A stretch of DNA of 64,000 nt from a virus (IMGVR_UViG_3300011008_000027:35757-99756); one strand, 5' to 3'. Shown: positions 20,396-32,013, counted from the stretch's first letter. Numbers and translations: made by a program. Notes: generated by a model not told the origin, from the sequence alone.

Positions 20396-22714
20396 ATGGC
20401 TTTAATTGACAATTTTGTGACAAGTAATGAACCAAAAATATATAGAGATAATGATTATGATTTCTTAATGAGTAATCTTAAAGATATTCAAAATGAAGAT
20501 CATTCAAATAGAGTAATGGAAGAGCAGTTCAAGACCATAACTGAAAATATTAGTGTAAATTATGCCAGACCAAAGACTCTTAAACGAAAACCAATTTATG
20601 ATTGGGATACAAAAAATAAATCATTTTTAGATTTATATAATGATTTATATAACCTTGGTGTTAAGAATAATAAATTCTTCTTGAGATTATATGATAGAGA
20701 TTTAAAAGGAATAAATCCGTTTCAACCAAATTTACCCATTGAATTACAACTTAAAATAGCCATCGAGTGTAAAATAAACCCATATTATTTTCTAAGAGAA
20801 GTTAGTAGAATACCTGTTGATGGTCTTCCGATAGAAATAGGTGGAGGTAGTCAATACATAATGGATAGAAATAATATAGCTGCTTGGTATCTACTATTAA
20901 ATGGTATAGATATATATAGAAGTAAACCAAGACAGTGTGGAAAAACACAAGACTCATTAGCATTTCTAAATTATGCCTATCATTTTGGTACTCAATCATC
21001 AAACATTCTCAATTTTAATAAAAAAGCACCTGATGCTCAAATGAATTTGGGAAGATTGAAAGTACAAAGAGATATGCTCCCACTATATCTGCAAATGAGA
21101 TTAGGTTTTTCTGATGATGGTAAGATAGTAAAAGAAGTAGATAACGTAAAGACTATGTGGAATCCTATTACAAAGAATAAAATATATTGTATGGCTAGTG
21201 CAACAGGTAAAGATGCAGCTAATCAACTTGGTCGTGGTTTTACATCGGCTTTACAATTCTTTGATGAATTCGACTTTACACCTTGGAATACAACCATTCT
21301 TACATCAGCAGGTCCTGCATATGTTACTGCACATATGAATGCTATTAAAGCAGGGGCATTATCTGCTCGAATATTCTCATCAACACCGGGAGATTTGGAT
21401 TCACGAGATGGTGCTACTGCAACAGCGATGGTTAAGAAAATGCTTGTATGGAAAGATGAATATCTTGATATGGATATTAATAAATTCAAATCCATATTAG
21501 ATAATAAATTACTCTATAATGGTATAGTATTTATAGAACATTACTGGAAGCAACTTAAGAAAACAATGGATTGGTACGAATTACAATGTAGAGCTCTTAA
21601 CTACGATCAAACAGCAATAGCAAGAGAAATTGATCTTAAAAGAATACGTGGTAATTCAAATTCGCCATTCTCTCAGAAAGATTTATATTTCTTAGAGCAT
21701 AACGTCAAAGAACCTATAAGGGAAGTTGATTATACTAGCACTCTTACTCCGTTCTATTTCTATGAAGAATTAGATAAAAGATATAACTATATATTAGCAG
21801 TCGACCCAGCAGAAGGTCTTAGTCAAGATAATAATGCTATTACAATAATAAACCCATATACTCTTAAAGTAGCAGTAGAGTTTAAATCAAGTTATATTAA
21901 TCAAACTGAATTGTCTAAGATAATAGTTAAGTTTATGGATAACTTTTGTCCGAAGTCATTAATAATAGTAGAAAATAATAGAGGTAGAGAATTAATTCAT
22001 AGATTATTGGATACCAAATATAAAAACAGAGTTTGGTATGATAAAGATAAACTTGATGGAAAATTCAGCGAGAAAGTAAATGAATATGGTGCTACTGTAT
22101 ATAAAAGCGTTTTAGATCAATCATATGGTTTTAATACTAATACTTCTAGTAGGAATATTCTTATGACTATACTCGAAAGGGAAGTTCACGAGAATAAACG
22201 GAATATCATTTCTAAATTCGTTATAGATGATATCCTCGGTCTTGAAAGAACTCCCTCAGGAAAAATAAAAGCATCTGAAAGTGCACAAGCCCATGATGAT
22301 AATGTAATGTCTTGGTTAATCGGTCTTTGTGTATATTACCATGCATCTAACTTAGAAGAATATGGAATTATAAGGGGTCAGAAAGAACCTGCTAAATTTG
22401 ATCCTAATGATCCTAAATATATAAAGCAAAAAGTTATGGAGCTTATTGAAAGACTTCCTGAGGAAATAAGAAGTCAATTTAACCAATATGAAGATAAAAA
22501 TGAAGTTTCTGATTCTTGGAAATATGCTAAGCAAATAGAAGAAGAACAGAAACGATTTAAATATGAAAATCCACAATATATGAATCAAGATGAATATAAT
22601 GAATATGCTAATAATGAAGAAGCGATATTTGATAATATGCAAAGATATCTCCTCGAGAATGATTACTACTTTAATAATCATAATAATGATATCGATATTG
22701 ATGATTTAATATAA
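20396..22714 (+). CDS. terL: terminase large subunit
   Basis: Walker A KPRQCGKT, Walker B FFDEFDF, nuclease AVDPAEG and HDDNVMS. Confidence 0.93.
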   Translation: MALIDNFVTSNEPKIYRDNDYDFLMSNLKDIQNEDHSNRVMEEQFKTITENISVNYARPKTLKRKPIYDWDTKNKSFLDLYNDLYNLGVKNNKFFLRLYDRDLKGINPFQPNLPIELQLKIAIECKINPYYFLREVSRIPVDGLPIEIGGGSQYIMDRNNIAAWYLLLNGIDIYRSKPRQCGKTQDSLAFLNYAYHFGTQSSNILNFNKKAPDAQMNLGRLKVQRDMLPLYLQMRLGFSDDGKIVKEVDNVKTMWNPITKNKIYCMASATGKDAANQLGRGFTSALQFFDEFDFTPWNTTILTSAGPAYVTAHMNAIKAGALSARIFSSTPGDLDSRDGATATAMVKKMLVWKDEYLDMDINKFKSILDNKLLYNGIVFIEHYWKQLKKTMDWYELQCRALNYDQTAIAREIDLKRIRGNSNSPFSQKDLYFLEHNVKEPIREVDYTSTLTPFYFYEELDKRYNYILAVDPAEGLSQDNNAITIINPYTLKVAVEFKSSYINQTELSKIIVKFMDNFCPKSLIIVENNRGRELIHRLLDTKYKNRVWYDKDKLDGKFSEKVNEYGATVYKSVLDQSYGFNTNTSSRNILMTILEREVHENKRNIISKFVIDDILGLERTPSGKIKASESAQAHDDNVMSWLIGLCVYYHASNLEEYGIIRGQKEPAKFDPNDPKYIKQKVMELIERLPEEIRSQFNQYEDKNEVSDSWKYAKQIEEEQKRFKYENPQYMNQDEYNEYANNEEAIFDNMQRYLLENDYYFNNHNNDIDIDDLI

Positions 22715-22790
22715 TTATATATTTACTATAAAACAAAGCGTTAAAATTTTAAACCTCTAACGAGAAATATGTAGAAAGGGGAAATGGTTA

Positions 22791-23564
22791 ATGGAAGAAT
22801 TTTATTTAGAAATATCCGATATATTGGATAATTTCAATCTTAATCAAATAAGCGATATATTAACTAATAATATATTAAGTCCAGAAGCTGAATTTGATAA
22901 TGATATTCCTATAAATTATTTTTCCATATTATATGCTAAATATAAAAATATGCTTGAAGAATATGACGATCCAGATATAAAAAGAGCTATAGAAGATAGA
23001 TTTTCTGAGATATGCTTGATGTTTATTGATATAATGAAAACTAAATTCGAATTTGAATTAAGTGAAGATTACATGTCAACTAATTCAAATAATTTAGTAC
23101 CAATAACAGTCGCACTATATTCGTTCTTTGTTATAGACTATAAAGCAATAGTTACTAAGATTCTTATTAACTATATCAAGAAATATTACAATGATATCTA
23201 TAAAATCTTCGGCGCTCTTAAAAATAGAAAAGATGTAAGTACTTCGGCTAATAAAAACACGGAAACAAAATCGGATCTTTCTATTATAATGGCTAATATT
23301 CATATGATAGCCGAATGGGTAATGGATAATCTCGAATCTCTCGATGATATTCTCGAGTATATGGATCATGACTATATATATTATTCTTTCATTAAAAAAC
23401 TTAATGATGAAAATCATATTACCGGACGAATTGCATATAATTATAATCGGATATTTAAGAAGAGCATTACTCTTAAAGCAGAAATTGCATTTGATGTATT
23501 ATCTGCTTTAGGTATAAATATTTCTAAAGTAGTAAATTTAAGCAAACCAAATGAGGAGGAATAA
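22791..23564 (+). CDS. hypothetical protein
   Basis: 257 aa ORF; AACA-N6-TA at 22732-22743. Confidence 0.8.
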   Translation: MEEFYLEISDILDNFNLNQISDILTNNILSPEAEFDNDIPINYFSILYAKYKNMLEEYDDPDIKRAIEDRFSEICLMFIDIMKTKFEFELSEDYMSTNSNNLVPITVALYSFFVIDYKAIVTKILINYIKKYYNDIYKIFGALKNRKDVSTSANKNTETKSDLSIIMANIHMIAEWVMDNLESLDDILEYMDHDYIYYSFIKKLNDENHITGRIAYNYNRIFKKSITLKAEIAFDVLSALGINISKVVNLSKPNEEE

Positions 23565-23565
23565 A

Positions 23566-24690
23566 ATGATGCTTAATCAAGACAATCAAACCTACAATCC
23601 CATCGATCTTAGTAAGTTTCCGGATAAGCTTCGTAATAATGCTGAAATACTTCAGAGAATGATGGAGATACAAAAGGCAAAAGAGACTCTTAATACGGCA
23701 GCGCATGAGCAAGAGATAAATAATATAACTAAAACAGACTTTAGAGAGGATTATGTTTTAACTGACGAAGAAAAGAAAGAGTATGAGAAGCGTATCAAAT
23801 TCGACGAATTTGAAAATATGCATCTGATTGAGATTCTTACAATCAGAAAAGCTATCCATAAGAATTTATCCAATCTTATGGAAGGTAAAAGTAATGCTCT
23901 ATCATATTTAGTATTAGAACATACATTTAGTGAGCTACTTAATAAATTTGATGATCCGGGGTTACAAGATAATGCACTTGATGCTAAGACATTCAATAGC
24001 TACAAAGAAAGTATCGAAGAAGAACTTACTGTGTTTAGGAAGAGCTTTGCAAAGGATTTTGCATCATTCAAGTATGGATTAAAATTGTGTGACGATCAAC
24101 TAGCTAAGTTCGATAATCCAGATTCTCTCAAGTTTATTACAAGCGAGATTCTTTTTTCGTTTACTAAAAATAAGGAAATGGTAGAGAAATCGTTTAATGA
24201 TAAGACTATTACTGAGAAGGAATATAAGCATATTATATCTGCAAATGATATATGTTTAGATGCCATAGCTAATCGCCTTGATCTTAGTTATATAAAGAAA
24301 AAGTTCAATTGTGAGAATAAGGCATTCAGAAATCATTTAAAGAGAGTCGTAAAGTTGTCAAGCGATAAACTTTTTGAAAGAACGGATAGAATCCTTGGGG
24401 AAAATATGAGAACTGAAAATCTTAATAACTCCATAACATTTCTTAAAGAGAGATATAAAGATAAGAAATATGGAGATCGATTCTCGGAAGTTATTTTCGA
24501 TTTCTCTGCTCATATGATAAAGTCGGGATTAAATAGTGGACATTATATATATTGGAAACTATTTATAGGTAATATCTCGGCAATTGTTACAGGAAATTTT
24601 GATATGGAAGAAATGAATAAAGATACTTATCTTGAGTCGATAGACACTTTGTATCCAGAATTCGAGAAAATTTATCTTGAATTTCAATAA
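23566..24690 (+). CDS. hypothetical protein
   Basis: ORF with GAGGAGG RBS. Confidence 0.8.
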   Translation: MMLNQDNQTYNPIDLSKFPDKLRNNAEILQRMMEIQKAKETLNTAAHEQEINNITKTDFREDYVLTDEEKKEYEKRIKFDEFENMHLIEILTIRKAIHKNLSNLMEGKSNALSYLVLEHTFSELLNKFDDPGLQDNALDAKTFNSYKESIEEELTVFRKSFAKDFASFKYGLKLCDDQLAKFDNPDSLKFITSEILFSFTKNKEMVEKSFNDKTITEKEYKHIISANDICLDAIANRLDLSYIKKKFNCENKAFRNHLKRVVKLSSDKLFERTDRILGENMRTENLNNSITFLKERYKDKKYGDRFSEVIFDFSAHMIKSGLNSGHYIYWKLFIGNISAIVTGNFDMEEMNKDTYLESIDTLYPEFEKIYLEFQ

Positions 24691-24763
24691 TATATCATAT
24701 TAGTGTATATACATAAACAAATGTGTGTACACTAATATTTATAACGAAAGGAGATTGATTAAG

Positions 24764-25171
24764 ATGATTCAAGCTTTTGTGATTGGATCTAGGGAATCTG
24801 ATTTCACTAGAGGAAAGGTAACGGTAACGGGGCAACAGTTATATCCTGTCGGATATGCGATCCCTGCGATCGTTAAAAATTCGGGCTGTGTCGGTTTATG
24901 TGATATAACATCTATCACAATAACTGAAGATAGTACTACTATAAACTTCAAGCTCATTAAGATTTCATCTGATGAGAGGAAGGCTTATTACAGGTTATAC
25001 CAGACCAACAGCGGAGCAAGCAATACCTACGATTCCGATTATCTGTCAAATACTGATCAGATAATACCGGGTATGATGGGGCTTAGTAATTCGAAAGCTC
25101 CTGACAAGCCTGCAAAGAAGTCAAAGAAAGCGTCGTCATTCTGTGAGGCTCTCGGTTTAGATGACTTTTAA
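24764..25171 (+). CDS. hypothetical protein
   Basis: AAGGAG RBS; TATATCAT motif at ~24691. Confidence 0.75.
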   Translation: MIQAFVIGSRESDFTRGKVTVTGQQLYPVGYAIPAIVKNSGCVGLCDITSITITEDSTTINFKLIKISSDERKAYYRLYQTNSGASNTYDSDYLSNTDQIIPGMMGLSNSKAPDKPAKKSKKASSFCEALGLDDF

Positions 25172-25215
25172 GATCCACGTTCTTCCTTCCTTCTTATAAC
25201 CCATTATGGGTATTT

Positions 25216-25247
25216 AGATACGAATAGGTTAATTCCTATTCGTATCT
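25216..25247. terminator. terminator between convergent genes
   Basis: AGATACGAATAGG...CCTATTCGTATCT plus T tract. Confidence 0.75.
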
Positions 25248-25261
25248 TTTTCTTTTTTTTT

Positions 25262-26020
25262 TTACATTCTTAATATATCTTCAAATGGTGATTCAGATTG
25301 TCCTGTATTACTTCTTGACATATTAATTGATGATGTTAACATAGTTCCCATATCCTCAAATGTAAGAGCAGACATAACGTTTGTATATGATGTAACCTGT
25401 CTTGCATTAATTGGAAGATAACCCTGTTGATCATAATTAACATTTTTACCGGCTATCATTCTATACGGGTTCTTTGGATTATTCTTATCCCTACATAATG
25501 TAGCTACCATAGCTTCTATAGTAACTACAGGAACTCCAAGTCCAACATCATTTATATTAAAATTCTTTAACCATAAACTAGATAAATCTTTATATGGTAT
25601 TGAATCAGGTAATTTAGCTGACATCATCATATTAAGATATTTCTCTGAATTTAATGAATCTTTTTTCACTTTAGATTGCATTACAATATCTCCTCTATAA
25701 TACTTCAATACATAGTATTGAGTTTCAGGAAGAGAATCAGTAAGTGTAAGTTTCATCTGAGTAAACTCTGATGGTTTGGTTTCTATTAAGTTCGGATAAC
25801 AGAAAGTTCTCAATTTTATTTTTTCTCTATCTGCATCGGGGTCATTAAATACTCTAACATTAAAAACCCCGATAAGATGAAAACTATCTCCAACCATAGC
25901 TGCTATTACTGATGCTTTATCTGCTCTATCAGCGGGTTCGAATAAATCTTTTTCTATATAAGCTTCCATATATGGTGCATCTAAATAGATATAATCTTCA
26001 TCCTTTATAAATACTCCCAT
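25262..26020 (-). CDS. rpoC: RNA polymerase beta' C-terminal subunit (probably virion RNAP)
   Basis: TIEAMVATL (cf. HIEVIVRQM) and TNVMSALTFED (cf. SFISAASFQE). Confidence 0.78.
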   Translation of the reverse strand: MGVFIKDEDYIYLDAPYMEAYIEKDLFEPADRADKASVIAAMVGDSFHLIGVFNVRVFNDPDADREKIKLRTFCYPNLIETKPSEFTQMKLTLTDSLPETQYYVLKYYRGDIVMQSKVKKDSLNSEKYLNMMMSAKLPDSIPYKDLSSLWLKNFNINDVGLGVPVVTIEAMVATLCRDKNNPKNPYRMIAGKNVNYDQQGYLPINARQVTSYTNVMSALTFEDMGTMLTSSINMSRSNTGQSESPFEDILRM

Positions 26021-26174
26021 ATTTATCCTCCTTTCACAAATAGACTACGTTATATATGAGTTTTAAAAACTATTTTCTCAGTATACTGAAATTTATAACT
26101 ATTATTTAAAGAAAATAAAAGACCTTTTATGACCCATATTATTCGCTCAAATGAACGATTGAGGGTCTAGGGCT

Positions 26175-26186
26175 AACAAATATTTA
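26175..26186 (+). promoter_or_regulatory. putative late promoter AACA-N6-TA of the sheath-tube operon
   Basis: AACAAATATTTA. Confidence 0.65.
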
Positions 26187-26218
26187 AAAAATCATTTTAA
26201 AAGAAAGGAGGCAATAAT

Positions 26219-28336
26219 ATGCCTAGAAACGGACAAATCATTCCTTCGTGGAATTTCCCTCATACGGAAACATTTATAAACGATTATTCGGAAATAAGCA
26301 ATGCAGTTACAGCATATAGTTCGTCTTCTGGTATTACATATATGCTCCATGTCTTTACATCTCCGAAAGGAAGAGATGGCGAGTTGATGACTATTAATAA
26401 TGGTCTCACTGGCTTTATAAATGAATTCGGTCTCGGTTCAGGTGTAAAATATGGTCAGCCGTATATGAATGCATATGCATCCGCTTCTACAGGTGCAGCA
26501 GTTCTTCAGTGCCTTCGTGTTACTGATGACGCTGCAACGTACTCGAACATTACTGTTTATGCAGCTTATAAGACAACCATTACATCTGATCAGATTACTA
26601 AAAGTGAATATGATGGGTTGGTAGCTAATGGTGCAGTTAGTGGTCTTATCAGTAATGGAGCAGATGTAGAGGAAGTCGAGGATCTCGATGAAGAGACAAC
26701 TCTTTATTATAAAGCATCCAAGTCCTTTAAGGTAAAATTTATTGCAGGTTCCAATCCTAATGTGAATGATACTACAAATATAAGTAATATCGGACCTCTT
26801 GATGTAGCAACAGCAACAGCTGATAGAGATACGGCTGCTATAGAAAGTGATATAGCAACAATCAGAGGTTCGAATTATGATGCAGTTGTTCCTCTCTTTA
26901 CTGTTGTAAGTAGAGGTAAAGGAACTTATGGTAAAGAGTATGCTATTAAGTTCTCTAATATACCTACACTTAATAAACAGAACGCATTCCAGAATTATAA
27001 TTTCCAAGTACTTGATTCTGCAAACTCAGCAAATAATGAATATTATTCGGTAGTAGTCGATGATGAAGCCGCTATTTCGGGTGCTAGTTTGTATATTGAT
27101 GACTTGGTTAATGATCCTGTAAGCGGTTCTAATAAAGTGAGAATTTATACATATATCGACTCTTTCGCTTCGATATATGATGAATATAAAACAATAGCTA
27201 GTACAGATCTTGAATTCGGTGCTTTTGATTTCTTGCTTGGTGTTAATAAGACAACAAAACAGGGAATTGACGGTTATAACATCGTAGTTCAGAATCCTAC
27301 TGGAGAAACACTTCCTGATGGATTCGAAGTAGTATCATTTAATGCTACATATGGTATTACTCTCAAAGAAGGTTCTGACGGATTTTTCGATGAGAAAAAT
27401 ATCACAGATGCAGATCTTACAGCTTACAACACCGCTAATAGTACAACTTTTACAAAAGCTCAGCTTAAAGAGAAACGTATAAATGATGCTTATGTTAAAG
27501 CATTTAGTGGTGTAACTGATCCTCATATTAAATCGAAGACAAGATTCCCTGTAACAATGATACTCGATGCTAATTATGAACCAAATATAAAGGCATTGAT
27601 ATCTTCTCTTGCTACAGCTCGTACAGACTGCGTAGCAATGTTCGACTGTGGAACTGAATTCTATACAAAAGAATCCATAATTCCTTATGTAAGAACGAAT
27701 CTTTCCAGTGCCTTGGAAAGAGTTCATACAGTCGTACCTCTCTATGGAAAGGTAAGAGAACCATATGCTTCTAAGCTTATGACAGTTACATGGACATATC
27801 TTGCAGCAAGTGCTATACCATATCATTTTGCTAGAAACAATGGTAAACATGTACCGTTTGCCGGAGCAAATTATGGTATACTCGATGGCTTTGTAAATGG
27901 TACCGCATTCCCTGTTTTCGAGCAGGATCTCGATGCAGATATTATGGAACAGCTTATTGATGAAAATATCAACTATGCTAAGTATTTGCTTGGCGGCTCA
28001 CTTTGCATAGCAACTCAGAATACACGTCAGACTAAGCTTACGGATCTTTCTGAGCTTAATGCAGTTTTGATCTTACTCGATGTTAAACGTGATGTTGAGA
28101 ACTTAGTAAGTAATTATGAGTATCTCTTCAATGATGCTGAAATGATCTCGGTGTTCAATAGAGACGTTAAGACAATTCTTGGTAACTATCAGGGTACTCA
28201 GGTGAGATCGATCGAAGCTAACTTCGAGTCGAACGAGTGGGAATCCGAAAGAAATATTTTGCATCTCTATGTAACTCTTGTAAACAGAGATCTTGTTAAG
28301 ACGGTACTTATAGAGATAGATGTAAATCAGAATTAA
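26219..28336 (+). CDS. contractile tail sheath protein
   Basis: FINEFG..YGQPY..A..CLRV, SRGKG.YG, ILDANY, RTDCVAMFD, FAGANYG, LSELN C-terminal sheath domain. Confidence 0.88.
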   Translation: MPRNGQIIPSWNFPHTETFINDYSEISNAVTAYSSSSGITYMLHVFTSPKGRDGELMTINNGLTGFINEFGLGSGVKYGQPYMNAYASASTGAAVLQCLRVTDDAATYSNITVYAAYKTTITSDQITKSEYDGLVANGAVSGLISNGADVEEVEDLDEETTLYYKASKSFKVKFIAGSNPNVNDTTNISNIGPLDVATATADRDTAAIESDIATIRGSNYDAVVPLFTVVSRGKGTYGKEYAIKFSNIPTLNKQNAFQNYNFQVLDSANSANNEYYSVVVDDEAAISGASLYIDDLVNDPVSGSNKVRIYTYIDSFASIYDEYKTIASTDLEFGAFDFLLGVNKTTKQGIDGYNIVVQNPTGETLPDGFEVVSFNATYGITLKEGSDGFFDEKNITDADLTAYNTANSTTFTKAQLKEKRINDAYVKAFSGVTDPHIKSKTRFPVTMILDANYEPNIKALISSLATARTDCVAMFDCGTEFYTKESIIPYVRTNLSSALERVHTVVPLYGKVREPYASKLMTVTWTYLAASAIPYHFARNNGKHVPFAGANYGILDGFVNGTAFPVFEQDLDADIMEQLIDENINYAKYLLGGSLCIATQNTRQTKLTDLSELNAVLILLDVKRDVENLVSNYEYLFNDAEMISVFNRDVKTILGNYQGTQVRSIEANFESNEWESERNILHLYVTLVNRDLVKTVLIEIDVNQN

Positions 28337-28350
28337 GGAGGTGAATGAAT

Positions 28351-29397
28351 ATGGCAGACTATAAGACAATACAAGGACACTCAGTCGGAATCAATGCTAC
28401 ATCTGGTACTAGCGGTGTCGGAAGTTACTTTTCAAAAGCCGATGGTATAATTAAAAATACTAATGATTATAAAAACTTTGGTTACTTTATACATGGTATT
28501 GATGTAACTGATCAGAATATTAATCAATTTAACCCGTATCTTAAAGGTAGATCTAGAATATTCATGCACAAAGTACCTCCGTTTATGGAAAAAGTTTTCC
28601 CTGATCTTACATCGAGGTTTAAATCATATCTTGAAACTGGATATACATCAATCGGGGGTATTTCCGATCTTGAAGTAGAGTTTGCTTCATTCGAAGGTGG
28701 ATTCAATGGACAGCAGTTTGAAATTGTTCAGAGTTCTAAGAATGGAACCGATAGCTTGTCCATATCATTGTATGAGCAGACAGGTTCTCCTGTAAGAGAA
28801 TTTATCGAAACATGGATTACCGGTGTTAGAGATCCTAGATCTGGTATAGCACACTATCATGGTGCAATAAGAGATAAACAGATCGCATATGCACAGGGAA
28901 ATCATACGGCAGAATTCATCTATTATGTACTCGATCCTACAGCTACAAAGATTGAATATGCTTGTATGTTTGCAAATTGCTTCCCGAAGGGAGTTAAGAA
29001 AGATCACTACAACTATGAAAAAGGTGACAATGGAGAAGTAAGTATTGATATGGAATTCTCGGCTCAGCATTATGAATCGTTGTATATTAATGACTTGGCT
29101 AAATGGTATATGGATGCAGATAATCTTTCGTTCTCGTATCTTACATTTAACCCGAATGCTGGTCTTGATTCATCAACTGGTATGCCTAGTGGTATAATTT
29201 CCAAGGTTGATACAAGTAGTGTTAAAGGTACTGCACCTACTTATACACTCGGACTTCAGAGATATGCTAAGGCTCTTGGTACATCTGGTCTCGAAACAGA
29301 TATCGACAGAGATGGTAAAACAGCAACAATCTCACTTTCAACGTCGGGTCCATCATACTCACCGCCATCAGAATCATCGACAACGTCATCGTCGTAA
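28351..29397 (+). CDS. tail tube protein
   Basis: Directly after the sheath; YEQTGSPV..W, FANCFPK, YNY..G...SIDMEF pattern. Confidence 0.78.
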   Translation: MADYKTIQGHSVGINATSGTSGVGSYFSKADGIIKNTNDYKNFGYFIHGIDVTDQNINQFNPYLKGRSRIFMHKVPPFMEKVFPDLTSRFKSYLETGYTSIGGISDLEVEFASFEGGFNGQQFEIVQSSKNGTDSLSISLYEQTGSPVREFIETWITGVRDPRSGIAHYHGAIRDKQIAYAQGNHTAEFIYYVLDPTATKIEYACMFANCFPKGVKKDHYNYEKGDNGEVSIDMEFSAQHYESLYINDLAKWYMDADNLSFSYLTFNPNAGLDSSTGMPSGIISKVDTSSVKGTAPTYTLGLQRYAKALGTSGLETDIDRDGKTATISLSTSGPSYSPPSESSTTSSS

Positions 29398-29430
29398 TAG
29401 TTTAAAAAGAAAATTACTATTAAATAAATC

Positions 29431-29466
29431 AAAATACCTATACGGAATATTCCGTATAGGTATTTT
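29431..29466. terminator. perfect 36 bp palindrome, bidirectional terminator
   Basis: AAAATACCTATACGGAAT|ATTCCGTATAGGTATTTT between convergent genes. Confidence 0.75.
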
Positions 29467-29488
29467 ATATTAATATGATAATGGGTGA

Positions 29489-31906
29489 TTAATATCCGCC
29501 GTTATCATCTCCACCTCCACCATTATCATTCATTTGTTTCTTCTTGGTTTTTACATTAACTCTAATATTCTCCATAGCCGTTTCATATTCAGACCAATCT
29601 AAAGGTACTGCATTTTGTACTACATACTTTACAAATTCGTCTTTTTCCTCAGCATTATTCTGACTATTTTCTCCATACATTATACTAGCTAATGTATTTC
29701 CAAGTTGCTGCATATTAGATATATATTCATTAAAATTAGTATTAGAAAGAATCTTTGGTTTTGGTAGTACTATCTTAAATTCATCTTTTAGCATCTTCTT
29801 TAATTCTTGATCCATTGATGATGCCATAAGCATTCTATAATATAGATCGGTAGTAGGTTTCTCTAAATCGTTTTGCAATGATGCTATTGTACCTGCAAAT
29901 TTAATATTCGCAGTTGTGATCTGTTTCGCAAAATCAATTTGGTTAACATATTCCATGATAACTGATGGAACTCTTGTAGCCATAATAGCCATTTGCTCTA
30001 AGAATTTCTCATATTCTGTATTTAACTCAATATTTTGTCCTTCGAGTTTTTCAAATTCTACAAGTTTCTTTCCATCTCTTGATTGAGGAATATGTATATT
30101 TGAATTTCTTCCGACCTTACTAAATAGAATGTTAGTGGATAAAATATCTGTGAAATTAGCATTCGATTCTTGTATATTACGGATTATCCTTTGGGTATGA
30201 TTAGCAGTCATCGGATCTATAGAATTCTTATATGAATGAATTATTGTTTTATCTCCTGCTTTATTAATATAATTAAGATGCTTAGATACCAATATAGATA
30301 ATAGCATTTTAGCTGGAAATAATGCATCAGCCAATAATGATGTACCATTTCCATCAGCATCTTCATTTATTTTAAATTCTATTATGTCTTCAGCAGGTAT
30401 AAATTGAATCTTATAATTCTTATCAGTAATACCATTATAAATAATACAATCTGCTATAGCAGATTTGAAGTCTTCATTTTTTGTAACGAATTCAAGAGAG
30501 AATTCTTTTATAATATGATTAGATATTGCATCTACCATATTTCTTACTGCTCTTTCTTTCTTATTCGTGTTAAGTTCCAATGTATTTAATACACCCGGGA
30601 TTACGGTTCTATTCATTCTATCATTTAATTTTTTCTTATCAGCATGGATAAAATAGTATCCTATTGTATTATCGAATATCTTTATAGGTATAATCTTTTT
30701 AAAGTCTAATATTTTAAAGTATACATCGTCAATTTTATCAAAATTTTCCACTTTACCCGAAGTATTACTACTCGATGGTGACTTAACTACATCAGGAACT
30801 CCACCTGTATCTATAATATTCGATCCTACATTCATATCTTGTTCATATAGATAAGATTGAAAACTTTCATATCCGGCTAAGTTTTCTAATACAGGATATG
30901 GTATACTATAATTAACTTTAGTAAAATCTGCTACATCTGATGAAAGATTCTTTTTACCTTTAACATCAACATCAAGATTTGTTAATACTGTTTTCAATAT
31001 ATCTTCTTTCTCATCAGCTGATATACAACTCTCAAATACAAATCCTGTAGAATCATCTATAAATGATTCTCTTGCAAATCCCGGAGATGATATTGTATTA
31101 TTCGTAGAAGGAATATCTGAATTAACAGGAGTGCCTAACATTGCTCCTGCCGTACCACTTCGCATATTTCCAAATAAACCGATTTGTTTTGTATTTTCTG
31201 CTTTTATTTTCGAGAATTCACTAAAGAGTTTACTATATGGAATTGCATATACATATGTAGTACCTGATACTAAAGTATTTTTAAATATCTGACTTTTAAG
31301 CTTCTTCTGAAGATTATACTTACTTTCGATTTTTTCGATTTCTGCTGTAACTATACGTTTTTGATCGTCACTTAAACTTGCAGGAAGTTCTATATTACGC
31401 AATATTGATGAAGACATATCATCTGCTGATGCTATATAGTCATTAGTTGTATTTATTGCTTCTCCCAATGCCGGAATAAATTTAGATATGAATTTTAAAT
31501 CCTGTATCTCGATATATTTATTCTTATAGTAATCCTGAAATACTGTAAAAAGATCTCCCGCGACAGACGAAAAAAATGCATATGGATCTTTATTGCCAAA
31601 AGGCATTTTATAATTATTACTGCTTCTATTAGTTGTATTATTAAGATGCCTTGTGAAGTCGATTATTGAACCGTGAGAATAACCTTTATTTACATCTAAT
31701 TCTCTATTGATTATTTCTTGAAATTTATTATTTTTATTATCAAGATCTGTTATTTCGGTATAATTAGAATCAAGTAAAGAAAGTAATTTATCAGATAAAT
31801 CATCTAAAGAAGGAATAATTTTTGGAATCTTATTACGTGCTTTAGAAACACTATCTACAGTATTTGTAGTTTGTGTTGACTCTGTCTTTTTCATCGTTTT
31901 AGCCAT
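29489..31906 (-). CDS. portal protein (T4 gp20-like)
   Basis: GTSLLADALFPAKML, IHIP....EFEKLEG, MATRVPS motifs; 805 aa; late promoter 31937-31948. Confidence 0.72.
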   Translation of the reverse strand: MAKTMKKTESTQTTNTVDSVSKARNKIPKIIPSLDDLSDKLLSLLDSNYTEITDLDNKNNKFQEIINRELDVNKGYSHGSIIDFTRHLNNTTNRSSNNYKMPFGNKDPYAFFSSVAGDLFTVFQDYYKNKYIEIQDLKFISKFIPALGEAINTTNDYIASADDMSSSILRNIELPASLSDDQKRIVTAEIEKIESKYNLQKKLKSQIFKNTLVSGTTYVYAIPYSKLFSEFSKIKAENTKQIGLFGNMRSGTAGAMLGTPVNSDIPSTNNTISSPGFARESFIDDSTGFVFESCISADEKEDILKTVLTNLDVDVKGKKNLSSDVADFTKVNYSIPYPVLENLAGYESFQSYLYEQDMNVGSNIIDTGGVPDVVKSPSSSNTSGKVENFDKIDDVYFKILDFKKIIPIKIFDNTIGYYFIHADKKKLNDRMNRTVIPGVLNTLELNTNKKERAVRNMVDAISNHIIKEFSLEFVTKNEDFKSAIADCIIYNGITDKNYKIQFIPAEDIIEFKINEDADGNGTSLLADALFPAKMLLSILVSKHLNYINKAGDKTIIHSYKNSIDPMTANHTQRIIRNIQESNANFTDILSTNILFSKVGRNSNIHIPQSRDGKKLVEFEKLEGQNIELNTEYEKFLEQMAIMATRVPSVIMEYVNQIDFAKQITTANIKFAGTIASLQNDLEKPTTDLYYRMLMASSMDQELKKMLKDEFKIVLPKPKILSNTNFNEYISNMQQLGNTLASIMYGENSQNNAEEKDEFVKYVVQNAVPLDWSEYETAMENIRVNVKTKKKQMNDNGGGGDDNGGY

Positions 31907-32013
31907 TTATTGTATTCACCCCTTTATATAAAAATTTATCTAAATGTTTTATGATATACATTATAATCACCAAAAAAATGATAGGACGATGTAAATCATC
32001 CTATCATTTAAAA

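Noticed and set aside
20200-20409. 69 aa ORF upstream of terminase
   Set aside because: No RBS; the region is occupied by two hairpins (~20213-20258, 20307-20343) and the terL RBS; more likely non-coding
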